Assembly: GCA_963804165.1 (NCBI GenBank)
Contig: CAWDPO010000042.1
Span: 64,001 to 128,000 of the forward strand
DNA length: 64,000 bases
Direction of reading: 5' to 3'
Origin: an uncultured delta proteobacterium
GTDB lineage: Bacteria > Desulfobacterota > Binatia > UBA9968
The notes beneath the pieces are model-generated. The model saw nothing but the letters and a program-made list of their open reading frames with translations. It did not search any database and had not been told where the DNA came from. How positions within the stretch are numbered: position 1 is the first letter of the stretch; every line of letters begins with the position of its first letter. Below are positions 13,008 to 23,855 of the stretch, piece after piece. A program made the translations under genes and the position numbers.

Positions 13008-13867
13008 TTATTTGGCGACATTCATGGTAATCTTCATGTTGAAATCGACCACCGGCGCCGAATGGGTGAGCGCGCCGGAGGAAATAAAATCAACACCCGT
13101 GTCGGCGACTTGGCGAATCGTCTCGAGCGTAATTCCACCCGAGGCTTCGACCCACGCCCGCTTATTGACGAGTTTCACGGCTTCGGCCATCTGCGCGAAG
13201 GTCATGTTGTCGAGCATGATGACGTCGGCGCCCGCATCGATCGCTTCTTGAACTTGCTTCAAGTTGCTCGCCTCCACTTCGACCTTGGCCATGAACGGCG
13301 CATGGCGGCGCACTGCTTTCACCGCCTCGGCAATCGAGCCCGGTCGCTTCGATATGATTGTCTTTCACCAGACGCGGCGTCATACAAACCGATCCGATGA
13401 TTCATGCCGCCGCCCATGCGCACGGCGTATTTCTCCAGCGTACGCAGTCCCGGCGTGGTTTTGCGCGTGTCGAGCACTTTGCAGGGAAAATCTTTGACCG
13501 CCTCAACGTACTTGCGCGTCAAGGTCGCGTTGCCGGACAAACGTTGGAGAAAATTGAGCGCCGTCCGTTCGGCGAGCAGCAACGCGCGCACGGGTCCGAT
13601 CGCTTCGGCCACCACCGTGCCTTGAGCTGACCTGCGCGCCGTCCTTGGTGCAGCAAGCGCACCTCGACCCTATGATCGATGAAATAGAAAATTCGGTCGA
13701 GCAAAACCAAACCTGCCACGACTCCATCTTTTTTGGCGCGAAATAACCCCGTGCCGCGCGATTCCGCCGAGATCGGTCGCCATCGTCGCCAGATCGCCGG
13801 CGCCGATATCCTCGTCCAATGAATCGCGAATCAATCTTTCGATCTGCGGGCTGACGTGAATATCCAT
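13008..13867 (-). CDS. nadC: Nicotinate-nucleotide diphosphorylase (quinolinate phosphoribosyltransferase; frameshifted)
   Basis: [49 protein letters not shown]. Confidence 0.94.
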
Positions 13868-13871
13868 CGGC

Positions 13872-16633
13872 TCAATTCCTTCCCGCTTGGATTTCCTGAA
13901 TTTTCTCCAAGCTGTTTCTAAGCGTGCGAATCTTTTCCTCGAACTGGCTCGCCTTTTCCCGCTCCTTTGTGAATCACTTCTTGCTTGGCTTTGGCGAGGA
14001 AGTCGGCATTGGCGAGTTTCTTTTGCACTCGCGCCAGCTCGTCTTCGATCTTGCCCACTTCTTTCGCCAGCCTCGCCCGCTCCTCGTCGAGATTGACGAG
14101 ATCGTCCAATGGCAAATAGATTTCCATCGCTCCAACCACCGCGGTCGCCGCTCCCTTTGGGCGATCGCCAGCTCGACGAAACTCCGACGCGCCGACCCGC
14201 GCAAGCGAGCGTAAGTATGCTGCGTGCTCGCGTAGAAAGGCGAGATCGGCGTCGCTGGCCACAAAAAATCACGCTTACTTCTTTTCCCGGCGGGCAGTTC
14301 ATCTCGGTGCGGAGATTCCGGATGGCGCGAATCACGCCCATCAAAAACTTCATTTGCTTTTCCGTTTCTTCGTCAATCCAGCTGGCTTGCGCGTCGGGAT
14401 AAGGCTGGACCATGATGCTTTTACGGTTGTCGCCGAGCACCTGCCAAATCTCTTCCGTGACAAACGGCATTACCGGATGAAGCAGCAAAAGAATCTGATC
14501 CAACAGCTCCTGCAAGAGTTTTCGGCTTCTGGCCGCGACTCTTGCGTCCGTGCCGTTGAGCGCGAGCTTGCTCATCTCGATATACCAGTCACAGAACTCA
14601 TGCCAGGTGAACTGATAAAGCACGTTGGCGTAATCGTTAAAACGATAAGCCTCGATCGCGTTGCGCGATTCAGTGATGGCGAACGCCAGCCGTGAGCGAA
14701 TCCAGCGCTCGGCAAAGCCAAGATGGCGATCGTCGAGAACACTGCTGGTATGGTCGCCGGTGCCATTTGCACCGCCCAAATTCATCTGCACGAATCGCGC
14801 TGCGTTCCAAAGCTTGTTGACAAAATTTTGATAACCGGCGATGCGATCCTCGGCGAGCTTGATATCGCGCCCCATGGCCGCCATCGCGGCCAGAGTGAAG
14901 CGGAACGCATCGGTGCCGCATTGACTCATGATCTCAAGCGGATCGATGACGTTGCCCTTGGATTTGGACATTTTCTGGCCCTGTTCGTCGCGCACCAAAG
15001 CATGGATGTAGACGTCGCGAAATGGCACGTCGCCCATGAATTTGAGTCCCATCATAATCATCCGCGCGACCCAGAAAAAAAGAATATCGAAGCCGGTCAC
15101 AAGCGCTGAAGTCGGATAAAAAGTCTTCAAGTCCTCTGTCTGATCCGGCCACCCTAAAGTCGAGAACGGCCACAGGCCAGAAGAAAACCAGGTGTCGAGC
15201 ACGTCGGGGTCTTGGATCAGCTCCTTGCCGCCGCATAGAGGACACGTTGCCGGAGCCTCGCGCGCAACGATCGGTCTAGCGTCTTTGGCGAGCCGGTATT
15301 CGCCGTCCGCGCCTTTGATCAAGTTCGGCGCCTCGCAGCGCTTGACAATACCAGGCGGGAATTTGATGACCCCACCAAATTTGCCGCGAGATGCACCAAT
15401 CTTTGATGTTTTCCATCCAGGCGAAATAGGAATTGCTCCAGCCTTCGGGAACGATCTTGATCTTGCCGTCGCGCACCACGGCCATCGCCGGCTCGGCCAG
15501 CGGTTTGATATCGACGAACCACTGCGGCGTTAAGTACGGCTCGATGACCGTTTGGCAGCGGTAACAGCGGCCAACCATTAGCTTGTGCGCGTCGGCTTTT
15601 TCTAGAAATCCCCCATCTTTCAACTCCGCGACGATCAAGTTTGCGCGCTTCGAAGCGATCCTTGCCGCGGTAACGTTCGATCCAATCCGCCGCTTTCGCC
15701 GCGGTCCAAGAATGCAGCCGCGTCAATGCGTGCATCGGCGTCGAAGATGCTGATCTTATCCAAACCGAATCTTTCGCCGATGTCGAAGTCGTTGAAGTCA
15801 TGTCCCGGCGTGATCTTGAGCGCGCCGGTGCCGAACTCTCGGTCGACGAAAGGGTCGGCGATGAGCGGCACGATTCGTCCAGTGATCGGCAAACGAATTT
15901 TCTTGACCGACCCATCCTTGATAACGCTCGTCATCCGGATGCACCGCGACCGCGGTATCGCCGAGCATGGTTTCCGGGCGCGTCGTCGCGACCACGAGTG
16001 CCTGCGACGGATCGTCAGCCAACGGATAGCGAATATGCCAGAGATTGCCGTCGGCCTCTTCGTGCACTACTTCGATATCGGCGAGCGCCGTTTTGCAGCG
16101 CGGGCACCAGTTGATCAGTCGTTGCGCCCGATAGAGAAGCTTGTCTTCCCAGAGTTTGACAAATGCTTCGCGCACCGCGCGCGACAGCCCTTCGTCCATG
16201 GTGAAGCGCTCGTGGCTCCAGTCGCAGGAAACACCCAGCGCTTTTAACTGATGCAAAATCGCGTCGCCGGCTTCCTGTTTCCACTGCCAGACTTTTTCGA
16301 TGAATTTTTCCCGCCCGAGCTGCGGCGCGGGTCATCTCCTTTTGCGCCAGTTGGCGCTCGACAACATTTTGGGTCGCGATGCCGGCATGATCGGTGCCGG
16401 GAACCCAAAGCACACGAAACCCGTCCATCCGCTTGTAGCGGCAGAGAATGTCTTGCAGCGTGTTATTGAGTGCGTGCCCCATGTGCAGCGAACCGGTAAC
16501 GTTCGGCGGCGGAATCACAATCGAAAAATACCGCCGCCGTCCCTTTGGCCGGCGCGAAAAGCCCGGCATTGAGCCAATGGCTATACCATTTGGATTCAAT
16601 ATCCTTATGACTGTATGCCTTCGAGAGTTGCAT
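13872..16633 (-). CDS. valS: Valine--tRNA ligase (frameshifted)
   Basis: [39 protein letters not shown]-terminal coiled coil. Confidence 0.96.
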
Positions 16634-16679
16634 AGCTGTTTATCTCTTGCTGCGACGACTTCGAGCTCCGAACCGCTTC

Positions 16680-17168
16680 CTATTCGACGACGTCCACCAA
16701 CTCGATAAACTTCTTCTCGCCGTCGGCGGGTCGGGATGATTTCAATTCTGCGCGGCTTTCTCTTCGTTGAAGCCGGGGATCCTGCTCGGCTCTTGATCGG
16801 AGAATCAGCCATCCGTTCGACCCGTTGACTCGTCCCAAGCACTCCACTATCGCTTTTTTGAGCGCATCCTTATCGATCGGCCACTTTAAGTGGAGCAGCC
16901 TGTCGCCGCCCGGGACTTGCGTCTCCGCACCCGCGTCGATCCAGATAATCGGAAATTTCCAGTTTTGTACCGCGTCGAACGTTGCTGGGGCGTCAATGAG
17001 TTTCGCTCCCGCAGCGCCGCTCCATCGACAATCACTAGATCGGGGTCTGACAATGTCTCCGCCTCCGCAATGGTAGTTACAACGTCGACCTGATGATCGT
17101 TCGAACAACGCCACGGCAAATGCGTGTCGTAACATTTTGTAAGGTTCGATGACTAAGATCCTACTCAT
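16680..17168 (-). CDS. Hypothetical protein, degenerate receiver-like fold
   Basis: [17 protein letters not shown]...PDLVIVD...; ends [11 protein letters not shown]; frameshifted. Confidence 0.55.
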   Translation of the reverse strand: MSRILVIEPYKMLRHAFAVALFERSSGRRCNYHCGGGDIVRPRSSDCRWSGAAGAKLIDAPATFDAVQNWKFPIIWIDAGAETQVPGGDRLLHLKWPIDKDALKKAIVECLGRVNGSNGWLILRSRAEQDPRLQRRESRAELKSSRPADGEKKFIELVDVVE

Positions 17169-17255
17169 GAAATCCCGAGACGCTCCTCCTAAACTTGACA
17201 AGGGCAACACCGCACGTTAGATAAAATCCTTAACAAGTGGATGATGTCTGAGTTT

Positions 17256-17342
17256 GCGAAAGTGGCGGAATTGGTAGACGCGCAGGATTCAGGATCCTGT
17301 GGCTGAAAGGCCGTGGGGGTTCAATTCCCCCCTTTCGCACCA
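17256..17342 (+). tRNA. tRNA-Leu(CAG)
   Basis: GCGAAAG acceptor stem, anticodon arm CAGGA-TTCAGGA-TCCTG, long variable arm, GGGGG-TTCAATT-CCCCC T arm, 3' CCA. Confidence 0.96.
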
Positions 17343-17586
17343 TACAAGCGATTATCTATCATACAAACCCGAGTTTCTCTATCGGCTGCGAGCCTCTTCC
17401 GCATGATCGTTGCGTAATTCGCAACTCACCCGACCGCTCCGCTCGGTTCTGAGTCAATCCATACGATTGGAGAAGTAAAAATTTCTTAGAGAAACTCGTG
17501 ATACGAATCTCATCGTATCAGCGCCGGCCGGAACCGGTTTAGATATCACCCGGCGCGATTACAGAAAGACTCCGATCGAGCGGCTC

Positions 17587-17937
17587 ATGAAAGTAAGACT
17601 ATCGATGAAAATTCTGACGCTGGTGCTGGCGATTGTTTGGCTTACCGGGTGTTCCAAGGAATCAAAGGACTCCTCGAGTTCAGGAGCAGATGCGGACGCG
17701 GAAAGAGGCAGGGCTGTGTATCTAGCAAACTGCGTCGCTTGCCACAACAACGACCCATCCAGAGATGGCCCTATCGGTCCCGCCATCAGGGGATCGTCCA
17801 AAGAATTGTTGGAATCCCGCGTGCTCAGCACCGCCTATCCACCGGGCTACAAACCAAAACGCCCGACGAAGGTGATGCCGCAATTCCCTTATTTGAAAGA
17901 CGAGATTCCGCACCTGGCCGCCTATCTGGCCAAGTAA
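17587..17937 (+). CDS. c-type cytochrome lipoprotein
   Basis: Lipobox LTGC, CVACH heme motif, distal Met (VMP). Confidence 0.88.
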   Translation: MKVRLSMKILTLVLAIVWLTGCSKESKDSSSSGADADAERGRAVYLANCVACHNNDPSRDGPIGPAIRGSSKELLESRVLSTAYPPGYKPKRPTKVMPQFPYLKDEIPHLAAYLAK

Positions 17938-17947
17938 TTCTGACGAC

Positions 17948-18652
17948 TTATGTTAGCCCGAGCGTCAAGAGATACAGAATCCCGGTCAACAGGAAACCAT
18001 ACCACAGCGCTCCCTTCACCGAATCGAGCGGCTGCTTCGCCACGCCTTGAGTTCCTATCAGCGCATTACATTCAAAGGCCGCCACAAGCACGATCACAAT
18101 AAACCAAAAATATCCGTGTGACTCCCTCGGGCCCATTGAGCTCACCATCGCGGAATAATGACTCGCCGCGCCCATGTAGAACAGCATGGGGATCGAGAAG
18201 ACGGTATTGGTTCTCGAAGTCAGCGCGGCTCGACGACCCGCGCCAGCAGCGGCCGGCAATGCCTGACCGCCCCCAGCCACCTGATTAGCGAAGCGATCAC
18301 GATCTGCTGATTGGGCCAAATTACGAGCCAAACGTTGAGAAACATCAGGGTACCGATTAAACCGCCCACGGTTATCGTCACGCCGTAAGAGGATGAATAG
18401 AATAGCGCAGCGCCCATTTCGCCCATCCGCATGGTATAAATCGAGATACCGGAAAGAAAAGTGAACATCGCGCCCCAGCGAAACCACCAAAGTGCTCGCG
18501 GCACGAGCTTTTGAATTGCCGCCGTCCTGATCCCGGCCTTCAGTCTCGGCAAAAAATGGCGTCTGGACGAAATTGAAATAGTAAAGAATGCCAATCCAAG
18601 TGATACCGGCTAAAAAATGAACCCACCGAAGTATAAACAAGGTAAACTCCAT
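17948..18652 (-). CDS. PuuD/urate hydroxylase-like membrane protein (frameshifted)
   Basis: RWVHFLAGITWIGILYYFNF, ALWWFRWGA, MFLNVWLVIWPNQ, SRTNT...PMLFYM. Confidence 0.82.
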   Translation of the reverse strand: MEFTLFILRWVHFLAGITWIGILYYFNFVQTPFFAETEGRDQDGGNSKARAASTLVVSLGRDVHFSFRYLDLYHADGRNGRCAILFILLRRDDNRGRFNRYPDVSQRLARNLAQSADRDRFANQVAGGGQALPAAAGAGRRAALTSRTNTVFSIPMLFYMGAASHYSAMVSSMGPRESHGYFWFIVIVLVAAFECNALIGTQGVAKQPLDSVKGALWYGFLLTGILYLLTLGLT

Positions 18653-19012
18653 GTCTCTCCCCTCCTTCAACGCCGTTGGAAACCATATTAAACAGCAAAT
18701 CATGAATGTTGCTTGGCGTTTATATATTCGGGGTTGCTTATTATTGTCAAGAAAAAACCTCCGCGACTTGTTGCCGCCGCCGAGCGAATTTAGATTCAGA
18801 TTGCAGGAATCACCTGCGCTCAGCCGATGTACGCCGACGAATCAGCCAAACGATCTTCAGCTCGCGAAGCTTGGCTTGACCAATCCGGTGATCTATGCCA
18901 TTTTTCTGCTAGATTTTAACCCCTGCGCGGAGTTTTTCTGATTCAAGAAAGCAAATCGAAAAGACTGCAAACCGCTTCCACAATCGCTCCCGATGTCAGG
19001 CAAAGAATTCCA

Positions 19013-19981
19013 TTGCTACATGGGGCCAACGATCCGTTCCGCTGTGTCAGCGACGCGCTGCAACTCGTCGAAGAAAATTTGGCGCGCGCGGTTCGATCGC
19101 GCGAACAAGCCCTCACCGACATTTCGGCTCATCTCATCGACAGCGGTGGGAAGCGGGTGCGACCGATGGTCACCCTCTTGGCGTATTCTGCGTTTGACGG
19201 TCAACATACCCAAGACATCGTCGATATCGCAACGGCCATCGAGCTTATCCATACCGCAACGTTACTGCACGACGATATCATCGATGGCGCCGAAACGCGC
19301 CGCGGTAAAGAATCAGCATTCAAGAAATTCGGCCTCAAGTCCACTTTAGTCGCCGGAGATTTTCTCTTCATCAAGGCTTTTGAATTCGCTGGTAAATTCG
19401 ACGAGAGCGTAGTGCAGTGGACTGCCGATGCCTGCACGCTATTGACCGAAGGTGAAATTCTGCAAGGCCACTTCAATCGGAATCGCACGGTAACCATCGA
19501 CGATTACCTCGAGATCGTCAAACGGAAAACCGCATCGCTCTTCCACACGGGAGCCAAGGTCGGCGCGTACCTCGCAGGCGCTCCGTCGACCTTCGTCGAT
19601 GAAGCCGAACGCTACGGGCTCAATATGGGCATCGCATTTCAGATGGTCGATGACATTCTTGATGTGGTCGGCCACGTGGATCTTCTGGGTAAACCCATCG
19701 GCATGGACCTGCGTGACGGCAATCCCGCGCTACCGATCATCCTGGCGGTAATCAACGGCGATCCTGCGGTGTGCGACGCCTTCGAAAGTGTCAAGCCGAC
19801 CGAAGCGCAGATCGGCGCAGCGCTCGCGGCCATCAAAACCGGCCCTGCGATTCAGGAAGCAAAAGCGCTTTCTAAACGCTACGCCAAGGAAGCTCTGAAA
19901 TCGGTAAAACAACTGCCGCCATCGATGTACCGTAACGGGCTCAAGACTCTGGTCCAGTTGATCATCGATCGAGATTTCTAA
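19013..19981 (+). CDS. Polyprenyl diphosphate synthase
   Basis: GGKRVRP, LLHDDIID...RRG, KTASL, FQMVDDILD. Confidence 0.93.
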   Translation: MLHGANDPFRCVSDALQLVEENLARAVRSREQALTDISAHLIDSGGKRVRPMVTLLAYSAFDGQHTQDIVDIATAIELIHTATLLHDDIIDGAETRRGKESAFKKFGLKSTLVAGDFLFIKAFEFAGKFDESVVQWTADACTLLTEGEILQGHFNRNRTVTIDDYLEIVKRKTASLFHTGAKVGAYLAGAPSTFVDEAERYGLNMGIAFQMVDDILDVVGHVDLLGKPIGMDLRDGNPALPIILAVINGDPAVCDAFESVKPTEAQIGAALAAIKTGPAIQEAKALSKRYAKEALKSVKQLPPSMYRNGLKTLVQLIIDRDF

Positions 19982-20029
19982 CTCCATTATTTGCTCTTCG
20001 CGCAGTGCCTATCGTAAGCATCCCGGCCG

Positions 20030-20761
20030 ATGTCCGACGTTAACGCTTCGCGCGACCGATCCGTTCAAAATATGTTTGACCGGATTGCCGGTCGCTATGA
20101 CCTGCTCAATCGCGTCATTAGCTTTCGCCTCGACACACGGTGGAGGCGCCAAGCCATTCGTGCCGCGCTCACGGGCATGCACCCTCGCATCCTCGATATC
20201 GGCACCGGTACCGGCGACTTGGTTTTGAACGCCGCAACGACCGCCAAAGGCAATGGGCACTTCGTCGGATTGGATTTCTCACTGCAAATGTTAAAGCTAG
20301 CGCAAGCTAAGCGGGCACGGGCACGGTATGGTGCAAGCACCGCCTTCATCATGGGCAGTGCGATGTTTGCGCCCTTTAAGAATTCGCTTTTTGACGGCGC
20401 GATGGCGGCGTTTGTTCTGCGCAACGTTTCCGATTTGCCGCTGTTCTTCGCCGAGTCGTTTCGTGTCATCAAGCCCGGCGGAAAATTTGTCTCGCTCGAT
20501 ATGTTCCCTCCCCCCGCGAGCTGGTTTGCGGCGCTATACTCAATCTATTTTTATTGTTTAATGCCGTCCATTGGCGGATGGCTCTCGCAGGATCGCATGG
20601 CGTACCAATATCTTTCCGATTCGGTGCGGCAGTTTCATCCTCCCGAGAAAGTGGCGCAACTTATCCAGGAAGCCGGTTTCGAACATGTCGCCGTGCGAAA
20701 ATTTTTGAGTGGCGCGGTTTGCATGCACGTCGCCGAAAAGCCCCGCGGGCCGGCGCGCTGA
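20030..20761 (+). CDS. ubiE: UbiE/MenG quinone methyltransferase
   Basis: MFDRIAGRYDLLNRVIS, LDIGTGTGD, LRNV, AYQYLSDSV. Confidence 0.9.
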   Translation: MSDVNASRDRSVQNMFDRIAGRYDLLNRVISFRLDTRWRRQAIRAALTGMHPRILDIGTGTGDLVLNAATTAKGNGHFVGLDFSLQMLKLAQAKRARARYGASTAFIMGSAMFAPFKNSLFDGAMAAFVLRNVSDLPLFFAESFRVIKPGGKFVSLDMFPPPASWFAALYSIYFYCLMPSIGGWLSQDRMAYQYLSDSVRQFHPPEKVAQLIQEAGFEHVAVRKFLSGAVCMHVAEKPRGPAR

Positions 20762-20771
20762 ATGTAACTCC

Positions 20772-21602
20772 ATGCAAGGATTTTCCAGCAGTTTTCTGAT
20801 TTTCTTTTATCAAGTGGCGTTGGGCGGTCTTTTCGCCTTGGCAGGAACGCCGTTTCACGAGATCGAGCGCGCCTTTTACAAATCGACGGCTGCCGTTCTC
20901 TATGTCATCGCCTTGCTCGGGTTATGGGGCAAAAGCTCGCTCTATTGGGACAGCTTATCGCAACGTCTGAGCTGGGGAGTCGGGCTCGAAGTCTGTCTTC
21001 ATGTTGCGTTCATTATTTTCTTTTCATGTTACATGATGTCTCTGTGGACTGAAAACCAGGCTTTTCGGGCGCGCAGCTTTGCCTCAGCCGTTCTTGCCGG
21101 TTCCGCCGGCTTGATTCTCAGCGCCCACAGCTTTTATGACGCGGCATTTTTCTCGATTGAGACCGTGGTGTATCCCACCACCTTTTTTATATCTTCTCTG
21201 CTGCTCGGCGGCGTCACCGTCGGTATGCTGATCGGCCATTGGTATCTCATCGATACTGGGCAGAGTCTGGATCCTTTTATTCGAACTTATCGATTCTTCG
21301 TGATGTCGTTAATCGCGCAATGCGCGTTTTTGGCGCTATCGCCGCTCATCCTATATTTTTTTGGAACCGCGCAAACCGCCATCGCCATGGAGCGCTTATG
21401 GCAACATCATTCAACGCTGTTGATCACGCGGGCGATGGTCGGCCAAGTCGCACCGCTGATTCTGTCTTGGATGATCTGGCGTACCTTGCTTATACCCCAC
21501 ACCATGGCCGCCACCGGTTTGTTTTATATCGCGTTATTGGGAGTGTTCGTCGGAGAGATCTTGGGCCGGCAGATTCTTGCTTTAACTTCGTTGCCCTTCT
21601 GA
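20772..21602 (+). CDS. Polytopic membrane protein (DmsC/NrfD-like, uncertain)
   Basis: About 8 hydrophobic segments; MLIGHWYL and ATGLFY motifs. Confidence 0.6.
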   Translation: MQGFSSSFLIFFYQVALGGLFALAGTPFHEIERAFYKSTAAVLYVIALLGLWGKSSLYWDSLSQRLSWGVGLEVCLHVAFIIFFSCYMMSLWTENQAFRARSFASAVLAGSAGLILSAHSFYDAAFFSIETVVYPTTFFISSLLLGGVTVGMLIGHWYLIDTGQSLDPFIRTYRFFVMSLIAQCAFLALSPLILYFFGTAQTAIAMERLWQHHSTLLITRAMVGQVAPLILSWMIWRTLLIPHTMAATGLFYIALLGVFVGEILGRQILALTSLPF

Positions 21603-21893
21603 ATCAGGCGCACCGATGTCACCTTTCGACTTCGGATAAGTCTTTAGCTTGGTGATTCGCAGACCGGCAGAAGTCCACCCCAAGTCGTAACCCACAGGCT
21701 CGCCGACATACAGGTCCAGCGGCGATTTTGCTTCGCCCGAAAGCAGCACCAATTCGTACGAGAACGTCAATTCGCGACCGCTCTCAGTCTTGACGACGCC
21801 CGTATTGTTCGACGGGAAAAGTTTGGTGATCACGCCCTGGTGGTAAAAATCTCCGCGTGCCGACTTTAAAGGGTCTTTGTCTTCTGGAGCCAT
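21582..21893 (-). CDS. Hypothetical protein with cold-shock-like OB fold
   Basis: GVITKLFPSNNTGVVKTESGRELTF...LYVGEPVGYD pattern. Confidence 0.6.
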   Translation of the reverse strand: MAPEDKDPLKSARGDFYHQGVITKLFPSNNTGVVKTESGRELTFSYELVLLSGEAKSPLDLYVGEPVGYDLGWTSAGLRITKLKTYPKSKGDIGAPDSEGQRS

Positions 21894-22000
21894 TTTTCGG
21901 ACTACCGCTTAAAGTGGCCAGAGATCCGGGTGAATTTCATCCCGTCACATTGAAACCTGGCGGCTTGGTTATAACATTATCGCGCAATTGTCGATCGCGC

Positions 22001-22510
22001 CTAGCCGATCGGCTGTTTCTGGGAAGCGATACGGCTTTGTAGTTCCATCAGGCCGTCGAGTACAGCTTCAGGCCGGGGTGGGCAACCGGGCACATAAACA
22101 TCGACAGGGATAATCCGGTCGATTCCCTGCACCGTAGCATAGTTATCATAAAAGCCGCCGCTGGCGGCGCAGGCGCCAAAAGCCATGACCCACTTAGGTT
22201 CGGACATCTGTTCATAGACTCGCTTCAAGACCGGGGAGAGTTTGTGGTTCACCGTCCCGATCACCATAAGCAAATCAGCTTGTCGCGGACTGAAGCGCGG
22301 CAGCAACGCGCCGAACCGATCGATATCGTAGGGTGACATCGACAGTGACATGTATTCCATCGCGCAGCAGGCCGTGGCGAACGGATACGGGAAGAGCGAA
22401 TATTTCCGCGCCCATCCTATAGCCTTGTCTAAGCGCGTCAGGGCTACCGTTTCGGCGAGTAACTTATCCTGTCCATAACGCGAAGTCGTTTCAGGTATTT
22501 TAGTATCCAT
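22001..22510 (-). CDS. nuoB: NADH-quinone oxidoreductase subunit B (standalone)
   Basis: TACCAME, RFSPRQAD, GACAASGG, VPGCPPRPE. Confidence 0.94.
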   Translation of the reverse strand: MDTKIPETTSRYGQDKLLAETVALTRLDKAIGWARKYSLFPYPFATACCAMEYMSLSMSPYDIDRFGALLPRFSPRQADLLMVIGTVNHKLSPVLKRVYEQMSEPKWVMAFGACAASGGFYDNYATVQGIDRIIPVDVYVPGCPPRPEAVLDGLMELQSRIASQKQPIG

Positions 22511-22794
22511 AGTAAACGATTCGTTCCCTCAGGTTACGATGCATTTTATCGCGCTTTTCGCCTCAATGCAGAAATCTACAATTTTTACCTGGATTAAACA
22601 AATTGGGGCGCGACGCGGGAAATACTACGGACGCGGGATATCGAGACTTTTTATCGTGATGTGAACGTGCGATCACCGGTCGGAAAATCGAGAGGAAATT
22701 TCCTGGAGAAGGCTAGAATGACTCGGATTCGTCACGCCAATGGCGGCCGGCGGATCGGCTGCGCACGCTTGGCGTGACGCCGGTCTCAACGCGT

Positions 22795-22995
22795 TTACTT
22801 TTTTATAACGTTAACGGCTTGGGGACCCTTGTCGCCTTGGGCGATTTCAAAATCGACGCTCTCGCCTTCGTTGAGGGACTTGAATCCCTCCCCCTGAATC
22901 GCGCTGTAATGAACAAAGACGTCGCCCCCACCTTCCTTTTCTATGAAGCCGTATCCCTTCGCATTGTTAAACCATTTAACCTTACCAGATGCCAT
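22795..22995 (-). CDS. csp: Cold-shock protein
   Basis: [24 protein letters not shown]. Confidence 0.96.
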   Translation of the reverse strand: MASGKVKWFNNAKGYGFIEKEGGGDVFVHYSAIQGEGFKSLNEGESVDFEIAQGDKGPQAVNVIKK

Positions 22996-23855
22996 TGAAC
23001 CTCCTCGCACGCAAAGCCCGTTAAGAAAATTCGCCCGCCTCAGTTCCGCAAAATTATCGCTACTTTTCCTCTATTTTTGATTCCAGTAGCGAAAGCTCGG
23101 CGCCGCCCGCAGGCGCACGGCTAGCTGCGAACAAAAAACAGAGAAACCCAAATTTTCCGGGGCGAGATTAGGAAAACCTGACCACAATTGTCAAGAAAAA
23201 AATTGCCGTTCGAGTTGAACCGGTGCTCGGTCTCACCGAGTGCGAACCGATGTAAACTCGAAAGAGGTCGCCGCGTTGAGCTCTCAGGTCTTGATAATTG
23301 GACCTACCCGCAGATTGACGCTCGATTTCCACAGGTGTCGGTGCGATGAGCGCCATACTCCGTTTCTAGCCATTCCCAAGGCGTGTTTTCGGACCTGAGG
23401 GGTCGTTTGTGCGGGCTCCGAAATCCTCCGGCTCGCGGATAGGGGCCGCGGATCGACCAATTCTAGCGATAATCAACCCATAAATGGTTATATATTCATG
23501 GTTAATTCGTTGTGCTGGTTTGTCGGGCCAGAATCACGATTTCGCGACCTTTGATTGTGAAAATCCGCCACGAATCCGGATTGGTTGGTCAAAGGCCGAG
23601 GGCGCCCTGAGCGATTTCGGTTCGGATAACGGGGGGCACGCGATTCAACGCTCAGGGGGTCATTTCTCGAGTTATGCCGAAGAATAAGCAAAGGTTAACT
23701 TGCCTAGTTACCTCTAAGTCATTGATCTATTTAAATAAATTATAAGCAATATTGACCTGGAGTAAGTTTTCCGTTATAGGTAGAGAAGTTAGCATGCAGA
23801 ATTTTCCACGTCTCCTTAAAGCGTCAAAGTTGGCAGGATGATAGAAGACCACTGA

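Noticed and set aside
9241-16633. Split fusA, coaX, birA, nadC and valS as pseudogenes or programmed frameshifts
   Set aside because: Indels are numerous and scattered and hit essential genes; sequencing error is far more likely.
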